A DNA stretch of 39,272 nucleotides from the NCBI GenBank assembly GCA_964494235.1, contig CAZBQV010000001.1, positions 1 through 39,272 on the forward strand. Reading direction: 5' to 3'. Numbering within the stretch: position 1 is the stretch's first letter; every line of letters begins with the position of its first letter. Both the position numbers and the translations under genes were made by a program. Below, piece after piece: positions 7,477 through 15,569 of the stretch. Source of the stretch: an uncultured Candidatus Saccharibacteria bacterium (lineage in GTDB: Bacteria > Patescibacteriota > Minisyncoccia > Phycocordibacterales > UBA918). The notes under the pieces were generated by a model that made no database searches, was not told the DNA's origin, and saw nothing but the letters and a program-made list of their open reading frames with translations.

Positions 7477-8253
7477 TTATTTATCTATATCACTCATGAT
7501 ACTCGAGAGGGACGCAACGTTATAGCGTGCATCCATCTGTTTGTCTACCTGTGATCCGCCTGATGTGTAGACCCACTGTATCTCTGCAAAAATATTCAAG
7601 AGTAGGACTATAAACATAGTAGTCGCGAGTATCATTGGTGCAAGCGAACGTCGAACTACAATTTCTCGCACTTCAGGAAGAGACTGGATCTCCATGTTTT
7701 TTTCATTCACCTGTCGTATTTCGCGCAAAACGCGGTCGTGGCTTTGTTTTTGCTTAACACTCGTGTCTGACACGTCTCTTCGAATTGCAACTGAAATTTC
7801 GGCATTTTGAGGCGTTTCTTCTTTTTCTGGCACGATTGGTTCAGAAAATTCAACACCTTTATCACTTTCTTTTTCAGGCGCTTGATTTGAAGTGCGGATC
7901 GGACTTGGTATTAAATTATCTGATTCACTACTATAACTTATTGGAGTTTCAAGAAGACGACGCCAGTGCGCTGACTCAGATGTTGTCTTTATGGGAGCGT
8001 CTTGTCGCACATCTATTTCTGCTCGTTGTCTCTGCACATCCTTGCGCGTTACTTCAGCATTTGATCGGTCAGCATTCTGCTGCTTATGCGATGCAAGTGA
8101 ATCTTCGTGAACATACCAGGTCTTACCCAAAAGCACCGCATCAATTTTCCCCTTTCTACAGAGTTGTCCAACATAATCAGCTGTATAACCAGCTGCAGTC
8201 GCCGCTTTCGAAGCCTTGATATATTTTTTATCTGCAAACACAACAGTATCCAT
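7477..8253 (-). CDS. Membrane-tethered DNA-binding protein: N-terminal Xis/MerR-type HTH, charged linker, C-terminal TM helix
   Basis: 258-aa ORF. HTH region ASKAATAAGYTADYVGQLCRKGKIDAVLLGKTWYVHEDSLASH. TM helix LAPMILATTMFIVLLLNIFAEIQWVY near the C-terminus. Confidence 0.75.
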   Translation of the reverse strand: MDTVVFADKKYIKASKAATAAGYTADYVGQLCRKGKIDAVLLGKTWYVHEDSLASHKQQNADRSNAEVTRKDVQRQRAEIDVRQDAPIKTTSESAHWRRLLETPISYSSESDNLIPSPIRTSNQAPEKESDKGVEFSEPIVPEKEETPQNAEISVAIRRDVSDTSVKQKQSHDRVLREIRQVNEKNMEIQSLPEVREIVVRRSLAPMILATTMFIVLLLNIFAEIQWVYTSGGSQVDKQMDARYNVASLSSIMSDIDK

Positions 8254-8260
8254 GTCAGAC

Positions 8261-8266
8261 AGTATA
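8261..8266 (-). promoter_or_regulatory. -10-like TATACT, 7 nt upstream of the ATG at 8253 (leaderless geometry)
   Basis: The minus strand reads GACGTATACT-GTCTGAC-ATG. There is no Shine-Dalgarno. It lies just downstream of the gatB terminator. Confidence 0.4.
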
Positions 8267-8283
8267 CGTCATGAGATACGAAA

Positions 8284-8314
8284 AAAGGATATGCGCGCGC
8301 TGTGCATATCCTTT
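8284..8314 (-). terminator. Rho-independent terminator downstream of gatB
   Basis: 11-bp stem aaaggatatgc / gcatatccttt. On the minus strand it is followed by TTTTTTCG. Confidence 0.65.
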
Positions 8315-8343
8315 CTGTTTTTCCGAAATAACTAGGAAATAGG

Positions 8344-9777
8344 CTATATAATCTTTTTCAGAATGATTGCTTTAACCTCGCTCGGATCAGCAGAACCTCG
8401 TGTCTTCTTCATCAGTTGTCCCACAAGAAATTGCAGCGCCGCCTCCTTGCCCTTTCTATAATCTTCAACAACATTCTGATTCTCACGAAGTACCTCATCC
8501 GTTAGAGTCGCAAGATCAGTACCTGACGCCCCCTGCAAGAGCCCTCTCTCCTCTACAATAATTCGAGGAGAAACAGTTCCAAAAGAGATTTCGTAGAGCA
8601 GGTCTTTTACAACACGCGTCGTAATAACCCCCTCAAGGAAAAGCGCAATGAGTTCAGCAAAGTTGCGTGGCGAGGCCTGCTCAATTGAAGTACCCTCCTT
8701 TGCGATAGCCCCCAACAAGTCAGTCGTGAGGAAATTTACGAGCTTCTTTTTATCGTCAGTAGTTGTAGAGGCGCGCACTGCTTCAAGCTCAGTTATTGCT
8801 TGTTCATAGAACTTACTTGATGACCTGTCAGCAACGAGTATTTCTATAATATTGTTCGGCAAGCCGAGATCAAGAAATTTTGCCCTTATTTTACTTGGTG
8901 TTTCTGGCATTATCTCGTCTAGCCGAGATAATGCCAGAGTAGGTACTTCCTGTGTACTAAATTTTGGAATATCAGGATCAGGAAAATATCGATAGTCATG
9001 TGACGACTCCTTCTTTCGCTGCGATACTGTTTTCAAACCTATTTCGTCCCATCCTCGAGTTTCCTGAATAATAGTCTCCCCCTTTTCGAGCAGATTGATT
9101 TGACGATCGATCTCGTACGCTATGGCAGATTCAACTGAGCGGAAGGAATTGAGGTTTTTAATTTCAACCTTTGTTCCGTATGAATCAGACGCGCTGACAG
9201 AAATATTGACCTCAACTCTCATTTCACCGCGCTCCATATTTGCATCCGAGACTCCGAGCGTCCGAAGCAAGAGCTGAAGCTCGCGCGCAAAATTTCCTGC
9301 TGTCTTTGCGTCATGAATGACCGGTTCCGTGACCAACTCCATGAGCGGCACTCCTGCGCGATTATAGTCGATCAAACTTCCGGCAGCTTTGTCATGGACC
9401 GAGCGAGCAGTGTCTTCCTCAAGATGAACCCGAGTAATTGCGACACCTGCAAGGCTTCCCTTCGAGACAAGCGGATATGCAAACTGACTGATCTGATATC
9501 CTTTCGGTATATCGGGGTAGAAATAATTTTTTCTATCGAATTCAGTGAACGTAGCAAGATTCGCTTCAAGCGCCCGACCGACGAGAAGTACGTGCTGAAC
9601 TGCTTGTTCGTTAACCATCGGCAGTGTACCCGGATGGCCCACACAAATGGGACATACGTGGATATTCGGCTCCGAGTCATGTGGGGCATTTTTACACCCA
9701 CAGAACATCTTGGTTTCTGTCCTGAGCTCCGCATGAATCTCAAGACCTATGGTCGGAGTATATGCTTCTTTTTTCAT
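8344..9777 (-). CDS. gatB: Asp-tRNA(Asn)/Glu-tRNA(Gln) amidotransferase subunit B
   Basis: 477 aa. Contains TIGLEIHAELRTETKMFCGCKN...HVCPICVGHPGTLP and a C-terminal GatB/YqeY-type domain. Confidence 0.97.
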   Translation of the reverse strand: MKKEAYTPTIGLEIHAELRTETKMFCGCKNAPHDSEPNIHVCPICVGHPGTLPMVNEQAVQHVLLVGRALEANLATFTEFDRKNYFYPDIPKGYQISQFAYPLVSKGSLAGVAITRVHLEEDTARSVHDKAAGSLIDYNRAGVPLMELVTEPVIHDAKTAGNFARELQLLLRTLGVSDANMERGEMRVEVNISVSASDSYGTKVEIKNLNSFRSVESAIAYEIDRQINLLEKGETIIQETRGWDEIGLKTVSQRKKESSHDYRYFPDPDIPKFSTQEVPTLALSRLDEIMPETPSKIRAKFLDLGLPNNIIEILVADRSSSKFYEQAITELEAVRASTTTDDKKKLVNFLTTDLLGAIAKEGTSIEQASPRNFAELIALFLEGVITTRVVKDLLYEISFGTVSPRIIVEERGLLQGASGTDLATLTDEVLRENQNVVEDYRKGKEAALQFLVGQLMKKTRGSADPSEVKAIILKKII

Positions 9778-9829
9778 GATCCCATACTACCAGAGGTGGT
9801 ACCCCCTATCAAAGCAGCCAGACCACTAC

Positions 9830-10804
9830 CTATGACCGACCGTTCTCGAGATACTGCGTCAATGAGTCTGCGAGATTTTTGAGCGCTTTGACATCTGTAT
9901 GAGAAATAATGAATGTCGGGATCCCCTTCCTTTTGAAAATATCCGCAGCCACCTGCGCCTCCTCTCCTGAAACACAATCTGACTTTGTTAAAATAACCCA
10001 CTCGGGACGTTCTGCAAGCGTTGCATCGAACGCTGTAAGCTCTTTCCGAACCGTCTCATATGTATCTTCGACTGATGCTTCAGTCAGCGCAATGCAGTGG
10101 AGGAGCATCTTGGTCTTCTGTACATGGCGCAAGAATGTATGTCCGAGCCCCTTGCCTGTTGACGCACCCTCAATAAGTCCCGGAATATCAGCGAGAATAA
10201 AGCCATACAAATCTCCAAGATGCGGCACGAGTGTCGTAAACGGATAATCACCCACGCGTGAACGCGCGTTTGTGAGCGCATTCAGGAGTGTCGATTTACC
10301 TGCGTTTGGAAGACCGATGATACCAACATCGACGACGAGTGAGAGCTCGATTTTAAGCTCTGACTCTTCACCAGGTTTTCCGGGGGTCGTCTCTGTGGGA
10401 GAGCGGTTGACTGAGGACTTAAACATCTCGTTTCCCAGTCCTCCATTTCCACCTTTAAGAATCAAGATAGTCTCTCCCTCATGCTCAAGCTCATAGGTAC
10501 GCCCCAGATCAGTAAGCTCGACTTGAGACCCGATAGGCAAATCAATAACGAGATCTTCCCCATTTCTGCCGAAGCGACTGCGCCCTTTTCCATGCTCGCC
10601 ATTCTGTGCTTTGAATTCTTTCGTACCGGTATATTTGGACAGCTGATTAATATTTCGCACCGCACGAATATAGACATCTCCCCCCTTGCCGCCATTGCCG
10701 CCTGCAGGCCCTCCAAGCGGTCGATGCTGTTCACGAAGCCAGCGTTCGACACCATTGCCGCCGTTGCCTGCTTTCGCATGTATGGTTATTTCATCTACAA
10801 ACAT
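9830..10804 (-). CDS. obg: GTPase Obg
   Basis: MFVDEITIHAKAGNGGNGVERW...GGPAGGNGGKGGDVY glycine-rich Obg fold. G-domain motifs GLPNAGKST and DIPGLIEGAS. I chose the start at ATG 10804 (canonical MFVDE) rather than the track start at 10870. Confidence 0.95.
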   Translation of the reverse strand: MFVDEITIHAKAGNGGNGVERWLREQHRPLGGPAGGNGGKGGDVYIRAVRNINQLSKYTGTKEFKAQNGEHGKGRSRFGRNGEDLVIDLPIGSQVELTDLGRTYELEHEGETILILKGGNGGLGNEMFKSSVNRSPTETTPGKPGEESELKIELSLVVDVGIIGLPNAGKSTLLNALTNARSRVGDYPFTTLVPHLGDLYGFILADIPGLIEGASTGKGLGHTFLRHVQKTKMLLHCIALTEASVEDTYETVRKELTAFDATLAERPEWVILTKSDCVSGEEAQVAADIFKRKGIPTFIISHTDVKALKNLADSLTQYLENGRS

Positions 10805-10811
10805 AAGCTCT

Positions 10812-10817
10812 ATTGTA
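10812..10817 (-). promoter_or_regulatory. -10-like TACAAT, 7 nt upstream of the obg ATG
   Basis: The minus strand reads CATACAAT-AGAGCTT-ATGTTTGTAGATGAA. Confidence 0.35.
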
Positions 10818-10903
10818 TGCGCATCCGTGACGCATGAGTATACCCTAGCGTGCGGCAAAAAGCACGGCACGATTCCCCTCGCATAAAAACTGTGGAGCGA
10901 ACA

Positions 10904-11239
10904 CTATGAGATAAAGTGATTCCCGAGAGTACTGACGAGCGACACGACAAGTGAACCAACGAGCGCCGGTACGAATCCAGCAACCTCAAAACCATCAATA
11001 AATGACGCGGTAAACCAAAAGATCGCTGCATTGATCACGAAGATAAAGAGTCCGAGCGTAAGAATAGTAATCGGAAATGTAAGAATGACGAGAATCGGTC
11101 GCGCTATGAGATTGAGGAGACCGAGCACGACAGCCGCAAAAATTGCTACATAGATATTATCAACAAAAATACCAGGAATGAGATACGCAGCAAGCATGAG
11201 CGCAAGTGCTGTAATAAGTACACGGTAGATAGTAGTCAT
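10904..11239 (-). CDS. Small integral membrane protein, YvlD / phage-holin-4_2 (DUF360) family
   Basis: 111 aa from the ATG at 11239. It has four hydrophobic helices. The sequence IPGIFVDNIYVAIFAAVVLGLLNLIARPILVILTFPITILTLGLFIFVINA is typical of the family. Confidence 0.75.
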   Translation of the reverse strand: MTTIYRVLITALALMLAAYLIPGIFVDNIYVAIFAAVVLGLLNLIARPILVILTFPITILTLGLFIFVINAAIFWFTASFIDGFEVAGFVPALVGSLVVSLVSTLGNHFIS

Positions 11240-11274
11240 GGAACAATTATGGCGCCGCACCGAGTGCTTGTCTA

Positions 11275-13809
11275 CTAAGAGACAATCTTCCAGCCTCCCG
11301 ATGCAATGAGTTCTTCGGCCTTTTTGAATTTCATCTCTTTTGTTTCGGTTCCATTTGAAATTGTAACCATGTCGTTGCGGCCAATCTTTGGGGTAGCCTG
11401 AACCGGCTTTTGACTACGTTGTGCTTCAGTACCTTCTCCAGAAGAGGCGCTGCCTCCGATGAGCTGCGCGTTCTTTTGAACCTGACGAAGTTCGCGCTCC
11501 TCGCGCTCGAGCGCTTGCTCGGCAACATTTGGTATAAGCTCGGCAATGCGCATCAAAAGCGCATCATTCATTTCCTTGAAGAGTCGGTTCGCCTCTTTTC
11601 GATACTCAATGAGCGGATCGCGCTGGCCGTACGCACGAAGGTTGACGCTTGAACGCGTGTAATTCATGAGTTCAAGATGTTCAATCCAAAGTATGTCCGT
11701 CACCTGCAAAATAAGACGGCGCATGAGTGGGTGCCATTTCTCTGCCCCGACTTGCGCACGCTTTTCCGTAATCATTGCTTCGCTCTCAGGCATAAACGCA
11801 ACAACCTCGGCAAGCACAAGATCAACCTCGTCGTCAGCTCCCAATAGGAGCTTACGGCGACGCGCATAAATAGCTTGGCGCTGGCGATTGAGTACATCAT
11901 CGTACGCAAGTACGTGCTTACGCGCATCAAAATTGAAGCCCTCAATCTTACGCTGTGCAGATTCGAGCGAGCGCGTAATCACGCCACTTTCAATCGGCTG
12001 ATCTTCCGGAATGCCAAAACGACCCATCATATTCTTCACCACATCAGACGCGAATACGCGCATGAGCGTATCTTCCATTGAGACAAGAAACTGCGTCTCG
12101 CCCGGATCACCCTGTCGTCCTGCGCGACCGCGAAGCTGATCGTCAGTACGGCGCGCTTCATGACGCTCTGTACCGAGCACGAAGAGACCACCGAGCGCAC
12201 GGACTTCGTCAGCCTTTTCCTTCGATACGCCGACGCCGCCAAGCTTGATATCAACACCGCGACCAGCCATGTTGGTCGCAAGGGTCACTTTCCCCTTTTC
12301 GCCCGCGGCTGCGATGATCTCACCTTCTCGCTCGTGATTCTTTGCGTTCAACATCTCGTGCGGAATGCCTGCCTTCACGAGCTCTGCGCTCAACATTTCA
12401 TTTCGCTCAATCGATGCAGTACCGATGAGAATCGGTTGTCCCTTCTCATGAATCTCTTTCACTTTGCGAATGACCGCCTGAAATTTCCCACGCTCCGTCT
12501 GAAACACCAGATCGTTATGATCGATACGCTGTGTTTTGCGATGCGTTGGCACCGGAACGACCTCAAGCTTATATACCGAATAGAATTCTTCCTGCGAGGT
12601 GAGGCCCGTTCCGGTCATACCCGCAAGCTTCTCGTACATGCGGAAATAGTTTTGGAATGTGATTGATGCATAGGTGCGTGACTCGCGTTGAATCGCAACA
12701 CCTTCCTTCGCCTCGATCGCCTGATGAAGACCTTCTGACCAGCGACGGCCCGGCTGCAAACGTCCTGTATGCTCATCGACAATGACAACCTCGTTGTCGC
12801 GTACCACATATTCCTTGTCGCGCGTATAGAGCGCTTTCGCGCGCACGGCCGTCTCAAGATGATGGACATACTTGATGCCGCGATCAGTATAAATATTATC
12901 TATACCAAGCAACTCCTGTGCACGCTCAATGCCAGCATCCGTCAAAGTCGCACTCTTGAGCTTCTCATCAATTGTAAAATGCTCCTCATTATTGAGTTTC
13001 GCCGCAATGCGTGCGAACACTTCGTAGAGGTTCTCAGATTCTTGTGCAGGAGCAGAAATAATAAGCGGCGTGCGTGCCTCATCAATAAGAATAGAGTCTA
13101 TTTCGTCGATAATGGCGAAGTGAGGTGCCCGCTGGCGAAGATTCTCAACATCATACTCGATATTGTCACGCAAATAATCAAACCCAAATTCATTATTCGT
13201 TCCGTAAGTGATATCTGCACGATACGCTTCTGCACGCGTCACTGGTCGCAAAAAATCATAAACGACTCGAAACGAGCCCTCCGCATCGCGTTCTGCGTCT
13301 GCTTCGCGGTGCCCCGCATCATATATATATGAAGCATCATGGTTAATAACACCGACCGTAAGACCAAGAGCAGCGTAAATCTGCCCCATCCATACGGCAT
13401 CACGCCGAGCGAGGTAATCATTGACCGTCACTACATGAACCCCTTTCTCAGTAAGAGCATTTAAGTAGGTCGGGAGCGTACCGACGAGCGTCTTACCTTC
13501 TCCTGTGCGCATCTCGGTGATCTTTCCGCGATGCAAAAGCACGCCACCAACGATCTGTACATCGTAGTGCCGCTCATTGAGTGTACGACGCGCGGCTTCA
13601 CGGACGGTCGCATACGCTTCAGGGAGGAGTTCATCGAGTGATGCGCCATTGAAGATACGCTCTTTAAACGCAGCTGTCTTATTTAAAAGCTCGCTATCGG
13701 AAAGCATTGCGAGGCCCTCCTCAAAAGAAGCGACGACGGGGACAAGCGCCTGGGCAGCCATGAGCTCGCGCTCGTACGACTTGCCAAAGAAACGGTCGAG
13801 AAATGACAT
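11275..13809 (-). CDS. secA: Preprotein translocase ATPase SecA
   Basis: Contains MRTGEGKTLV, DEIDSILIDEARTPLIIS and LATNMAGRGVDIKLGG...RGRAGRQGDPG. I chose the start at ATG 13809 (MSFLDRFFGK). Confidence 0.97.
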   Translation of the reverse strand: MSFLDRFFGKSYERELMAAQALVPVVASFEEGLAMLSDSELLNKTAAFKERIFNGASLDELLPEAYATVREAARRTLNERHYDVQIVGGVLLHRGKITEMRTGEGKTLVGTLPTYLNALTEKGVHVVTVNDYLARRDAVWMGQIYAALGLTVGVINHDASYIYDAGHREADAERDAEGSFRVVYDFLRPVTRAEAYRADITYGTNNEFGFDYLRDNIEYDVENLRQRAPHFAIIDEIDSILIDEARTPLIISAPAQESENLYEVFARIAAKLNNEEHFTIDEKLKSATLTDAGIERAQELLGIDNIYTDRGIKYVHHLETAVRAKALYTRDKEYVVRDNEVVIVDEHTGRLQPGRRWSEGLHQAIEAKEGVAIQRESRTYASITFQNYFRMYEKLAGMTGTGLTSQEEFYSVYKLEVVPVPTHRKTQRIDHNDLVFQTERGKFQAVIRKVKEIHEKGQPILIGTASIERNEMLSAELVKAGIPHEMLNAKNHEREGEIIAAAGEKGKVTLATNMAGRGVDIKLGGVGVSKEKADEVRALGGLFVLGTERHEARRTDDQLRGRAGRQGDPGETQFLVSMEDTLMRVFASDVVKNMMGRFGIPEDQPIESGVITRSLESAQRKIEGFNFDARKHVLAYDDVLNRQRQAIYARRRKLLLGADDEVDLVLAEVVAFMPESEAMITEKRAQVGAEKWHPLMRRLILQVTDILWIEHLELMNYTRSSVNLRAYGQRDPLIEYRKEANRLFKEMNDALLMRIAELIPNVAEQALEREERELRQVQKNAQLIGGSASSGEGTEAQRSQKPVQATPKIGRNDMVTISNGTETKEMKFKKAEELIASGGWKIVS

Positions 13810-13816
13810 GGGCCAC

Positions 13817-13822
13817 AGTATA
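13817..13822 (-). promoter_or_regulatory. Extended -10 (TGGTATACT), 7 nt upstream of the secA ATG
   Basis: The minus strand reads GTGTGGTATACT-GTGGCCC-ATG. It lies directly after the 13862-13891 terminator. Confidence 0.4.
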
Positions 13823-13861
13823 CCACACGGAAAAGAGAGCTTCACCAGGATTCATAACAAA

Positions 13862-13891
13862 CAAAACAGCCTCTGTGACCAGAGGCTGTTT
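13862..13891 (-). terminator. Rho-independent (potentially bidirectional) terminator
   Basis: 13-bp perfect stem aaaacagcctctg / tgac / cagaggctgtttt. On the minus strand it is followed by TTTTGTTTGTT. It sits 15 nt after the stop of the lysine-rich ORF. Confidence 0.75.
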
Positions 13892-13906
13892 TGCTTTTGA
13901 AGCAGA

Positions 13907-14020
13907 TTAACGCTTCTTGCGCTTTGCTGCCTTCTTCTTTGTTGCCTTCTTCTTTGTAGCTTTGCGCTTGGTTGTCTTCTTAGCTGTCTTCTTAGCTGCC
14001 TTTCGCTTTTTTGCTGCCAT
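13907..14020 (-). CDS. 37-aa lysine/alanine-rich highly basic peptide (histone-H1-tail-like)
   Basis: MAAKKRKAAKKTAKKTTKRKATKKKATKKKAAKRKKR read from the ATG at 14020. The stop is followed by a strong terminator. There is no homology evidence, so coding status is unproven. Confidence 0.45.
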   Translation of the reverse strand: MAAKKRKAAKKTAKKTTKRKATKKKATKKKAAKRKKR

Positions 14021-14200
14021 AGTATTTTGTGTAAATTTTTTATTACTTCTTTCGACCGCATTGTTTTCTTTTTGTAATATGCAAAGAAAGAAAACAATTG
14101 CTCTTTCATAATTATCATGCACATGTCATGTGCATACAACGAAATAAAATTTTTTTATGTGGATAACAAAAAAAATTATTTTTAAATATTTTTTAAAAAA

Positions 14201-14241
14201 ATAAATTTGCACTGAGTAAAATTTATTCAGTGCAAATTTAT
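14201..14241 (-). terminator. Rho-independent terminator downstream of murB
   Basis: 15-bp AT-rich stem ataaatttgcactga / 11-nt loop / tcagtgcaaatttat. On the minus strand it is followed by a T-run. It starts 9 nt after the murB stop. Confidence 0.6.
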
Positions 14242-14249
14242 TTTTGTCA

Positions 14250-15296
14250 TTACGACACCATCGTCACCTCCCATTCAATAGGAATTCCCGTTGCATCAAA
14301 AACTTTTTTTTGTATAGCGCGCGCAAATACTTCAACATCATGCGCTGTCGCACCACCATGGTTTACAAGAACAAGTGCCTGATTCTCGTACGTTCCAACA
14401 TTTCCAATTTGATACCCACGAAGTGCGAGCACACGATCGAGTATCCACCCGAGAGACACCTTAACTCCGCCCTGTGCTTGCGCGTGCCCTGGCAATTCCG
14501 GGTACCGGACACATAGTCTTTTGTATTGCTCTAATGAAATAACTGGATTCTTAAAAAACGATCCCGCCGTGCCTGTCGTATGCCAATCAGGAAACTTTCG
14601 AGCGCGTATTTCTTGAACAGCCTGTCGGATATCATAAATCCCGACTTCTCCATCACGCGCACTCTTCCACACTTCAAGATCGCGGTATTGTAATTGTGGA
14701 CGCGCATACTTTGAGAGCTTGTATGTCACTCGCGTAATCACAAATCGCTTTCCTTCCGTACTCTTAAAGAAAGAGTCGCGATACTCAAACAAACACTCTT
14801 CGTTTGAGAAAGACCGCATGACGCCCCGATCAACATCGTATGCCTCGACCGACACAATGAGCTGACTCATCTCCACGCCATACGCGCCAACATTTTGCAC
14901 CGGTGTCGCACCGACGTATCCCGGAATGCTCGAGAGATTCTCGAGACCCCACCATCCATGTGAGACTGCATACGCAACGACATCGTCAAACACTTCACCT
15001 GCTCCCGCATGCACAAATACCGCCTCGCCTTGCTCATCGTATTCAAATCCTTTAATGAGAAGGTGTACGACAAGTCCTTTTACGCCCCGATCAGACACCA
15101 ATACATTTGATCCCCCTCCAAGCACAGTTACAGGAAAAGCACCTGCATTCGCCCACTCGATCGCTGCCACCAGCTGCTCCTCATTCTCTACAGTAACAAA
15201 ATATTCTGCAGGTCCACCGATATGAAATGTCGTGTATGAAGAAAGCGGCACGTTCGTTCGCATTTCATGCTCTATGTATTCTCGTGGTGTCTGCAT
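14250..15296 (-). CDS. murB: UDP-N-acetylenolpyruvoylglucosamine reductase
   Basis: Contains PLSSYTTFHIGGPAEYF, LGGGSNVLVSD, GLENLSSIPGYVGATPVQNVGAYG and GSFFKNP. I chose the start at ATG 15296 (MQTPREY), not the track start at 15455. Confidence 0.9.
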   Translation of the reverse strand: MQTPREYIEHEMRTNVPLSSYTTFHIGGPAEYFVTVENEEQLVAAIEWANAGAFPVTVLGGGSNVLVSDRGVKGLVVHLLIKGFEYDEQGEAVFVHAGAGEVFDDVVAYAVSHGWWGLENLSSIPGYVGATPVQNVGAYGVEMSQLIVSVEAYDVDRGVMRSFSNEECLFEYRDSFFKSTEGKRFVITRVTYKLSKYARPQLQYRDLEVWKSARDGEVGIYDIRQAVQEIRARKFPDWHTTGTAGSFFKNPVISLEQYKRLCVRYPELPGHAQAQGGVKVSLGWILDRVLALRGYQIGNVGTYENQALVLVNHGGATAHDVEVFARAIQKKVFDATGIPIEWEVTMVS

Positions 15297-15305
15297 ACAC
15301 GACAC

Positions 15306-15311
15306 ACTATA
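15306..15311 (-). promoter_or_regulatory. -10-like TATAGT, 9 nt upstream of the murB ATG 15296
   Basis: The minus strand reads CGGTATAGT-GTGTCGTGT-ATG. Confidence 0.35.
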
Positions 15312-15460
15312 CCGCGCATTTTCTGTTATATAAAAACCAGAACGCTCCTCTTGATGTATGGCCAGCGGGCGCGAGCTCCAAAATAAGTGAAAGTCTATAT
15401 TGTGAGTGCTGCCGCTAGCCGTACATAAAGATGAACGACAACTCAAGTATACCATTCATT

Positions 15461-15489
15461 AAAAACGCAAAAGCCCCCACCCCGGGGAC
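15461..15489 (-). terminator. Rho-independent terminator after the Wzy_C/TPR gene
   Basis: The minus strand reads GTCCCC-GGGGT-GGGGGC (6 bp including one G-U pair) followed by TTTTGCGTTTTT. Confidence 0.5.
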
Positions 15490-15537
15490 CTTCACGTAGA
15501 CTTTCATGTTGGTGCTGCTTCCAGCACTCACATCTGC

Positions 15538-15565
15538 ATTATACCAACTGCATATATCAGCACAA
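15538..15565 (-). promoter_or_regulatory. Sigma-70-like promoter (TTGTGC, 16 nt spacer, TGGTATAAT) with no ORF behind it
   Basis: The minus strand reads TTGTGC TGATATATGCAGTTGG TATAAT. It starts right after the stop at 15570 and is followed within about 70 nt by the 15461-15489 terminator. Confidence 0.35.
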
Positions 15566-15569
15566 GATG

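Noticed and set aside
1-11260. Possible prophage remnant, suggested by the tail-fibre-like protein together with a phage-holin-family protein.
   Set aside because: There is no capsid, terminase, portal, integrase, lysin or att-like repeat. The fibre-like protein has a Sec signal peptide and sits in a surface-protein operon. The holin-4_2/YvlD-family gene sits between secA and obg as a conserved housekeeping-context membrane protein.
13907-14020. Short tandem or low-complexity DNA repeats (cttcttagctg..., ttgccttcttctttg...) considered as a possible CRISPR array or satellite.
   Set aside because: The periodicity simply reflects reiterated AAG/AAA/GCN codons of the lysine/alanine-rich ORF. There are no spacer-repeat units of CRISPR size and no cas genes.
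15297-15455. N-terminal extensions of track ORFs. Affected regions are murB to 15455, obg to 10870, secA to 13845, YvlD-like to 11260, ppd to 27306, pepM to 28639, and the GT4 genes to 36047 and 38679.
   Set aside because: The extensions start at GTG/TTG or distant ATG codons and add non-homologous residues before canonical N-termini (MFVDE, MSFLDRFFG, MRLLIVTQ and others). They overlap terminators, upstream stops or the -10-like hexamers. The internal ATG starts fit operon packing much better.
15461-15565. Possible SRP RNA (the GGAAGCAGC string) or a tRNA (a TGCA-GTTGGTATAA-TGCA D-arm-like segment).
   Set aside because: The GGAAGCAGC string sits in a simple 6-bp hairpin with a GAAG loop. 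It is not in the GNRA-capped domain IV with symmetric loops, and no 5'/3' closing helix exists. No anticodon arm, T-arm or acceptor stem can be drawn for a tRNA.
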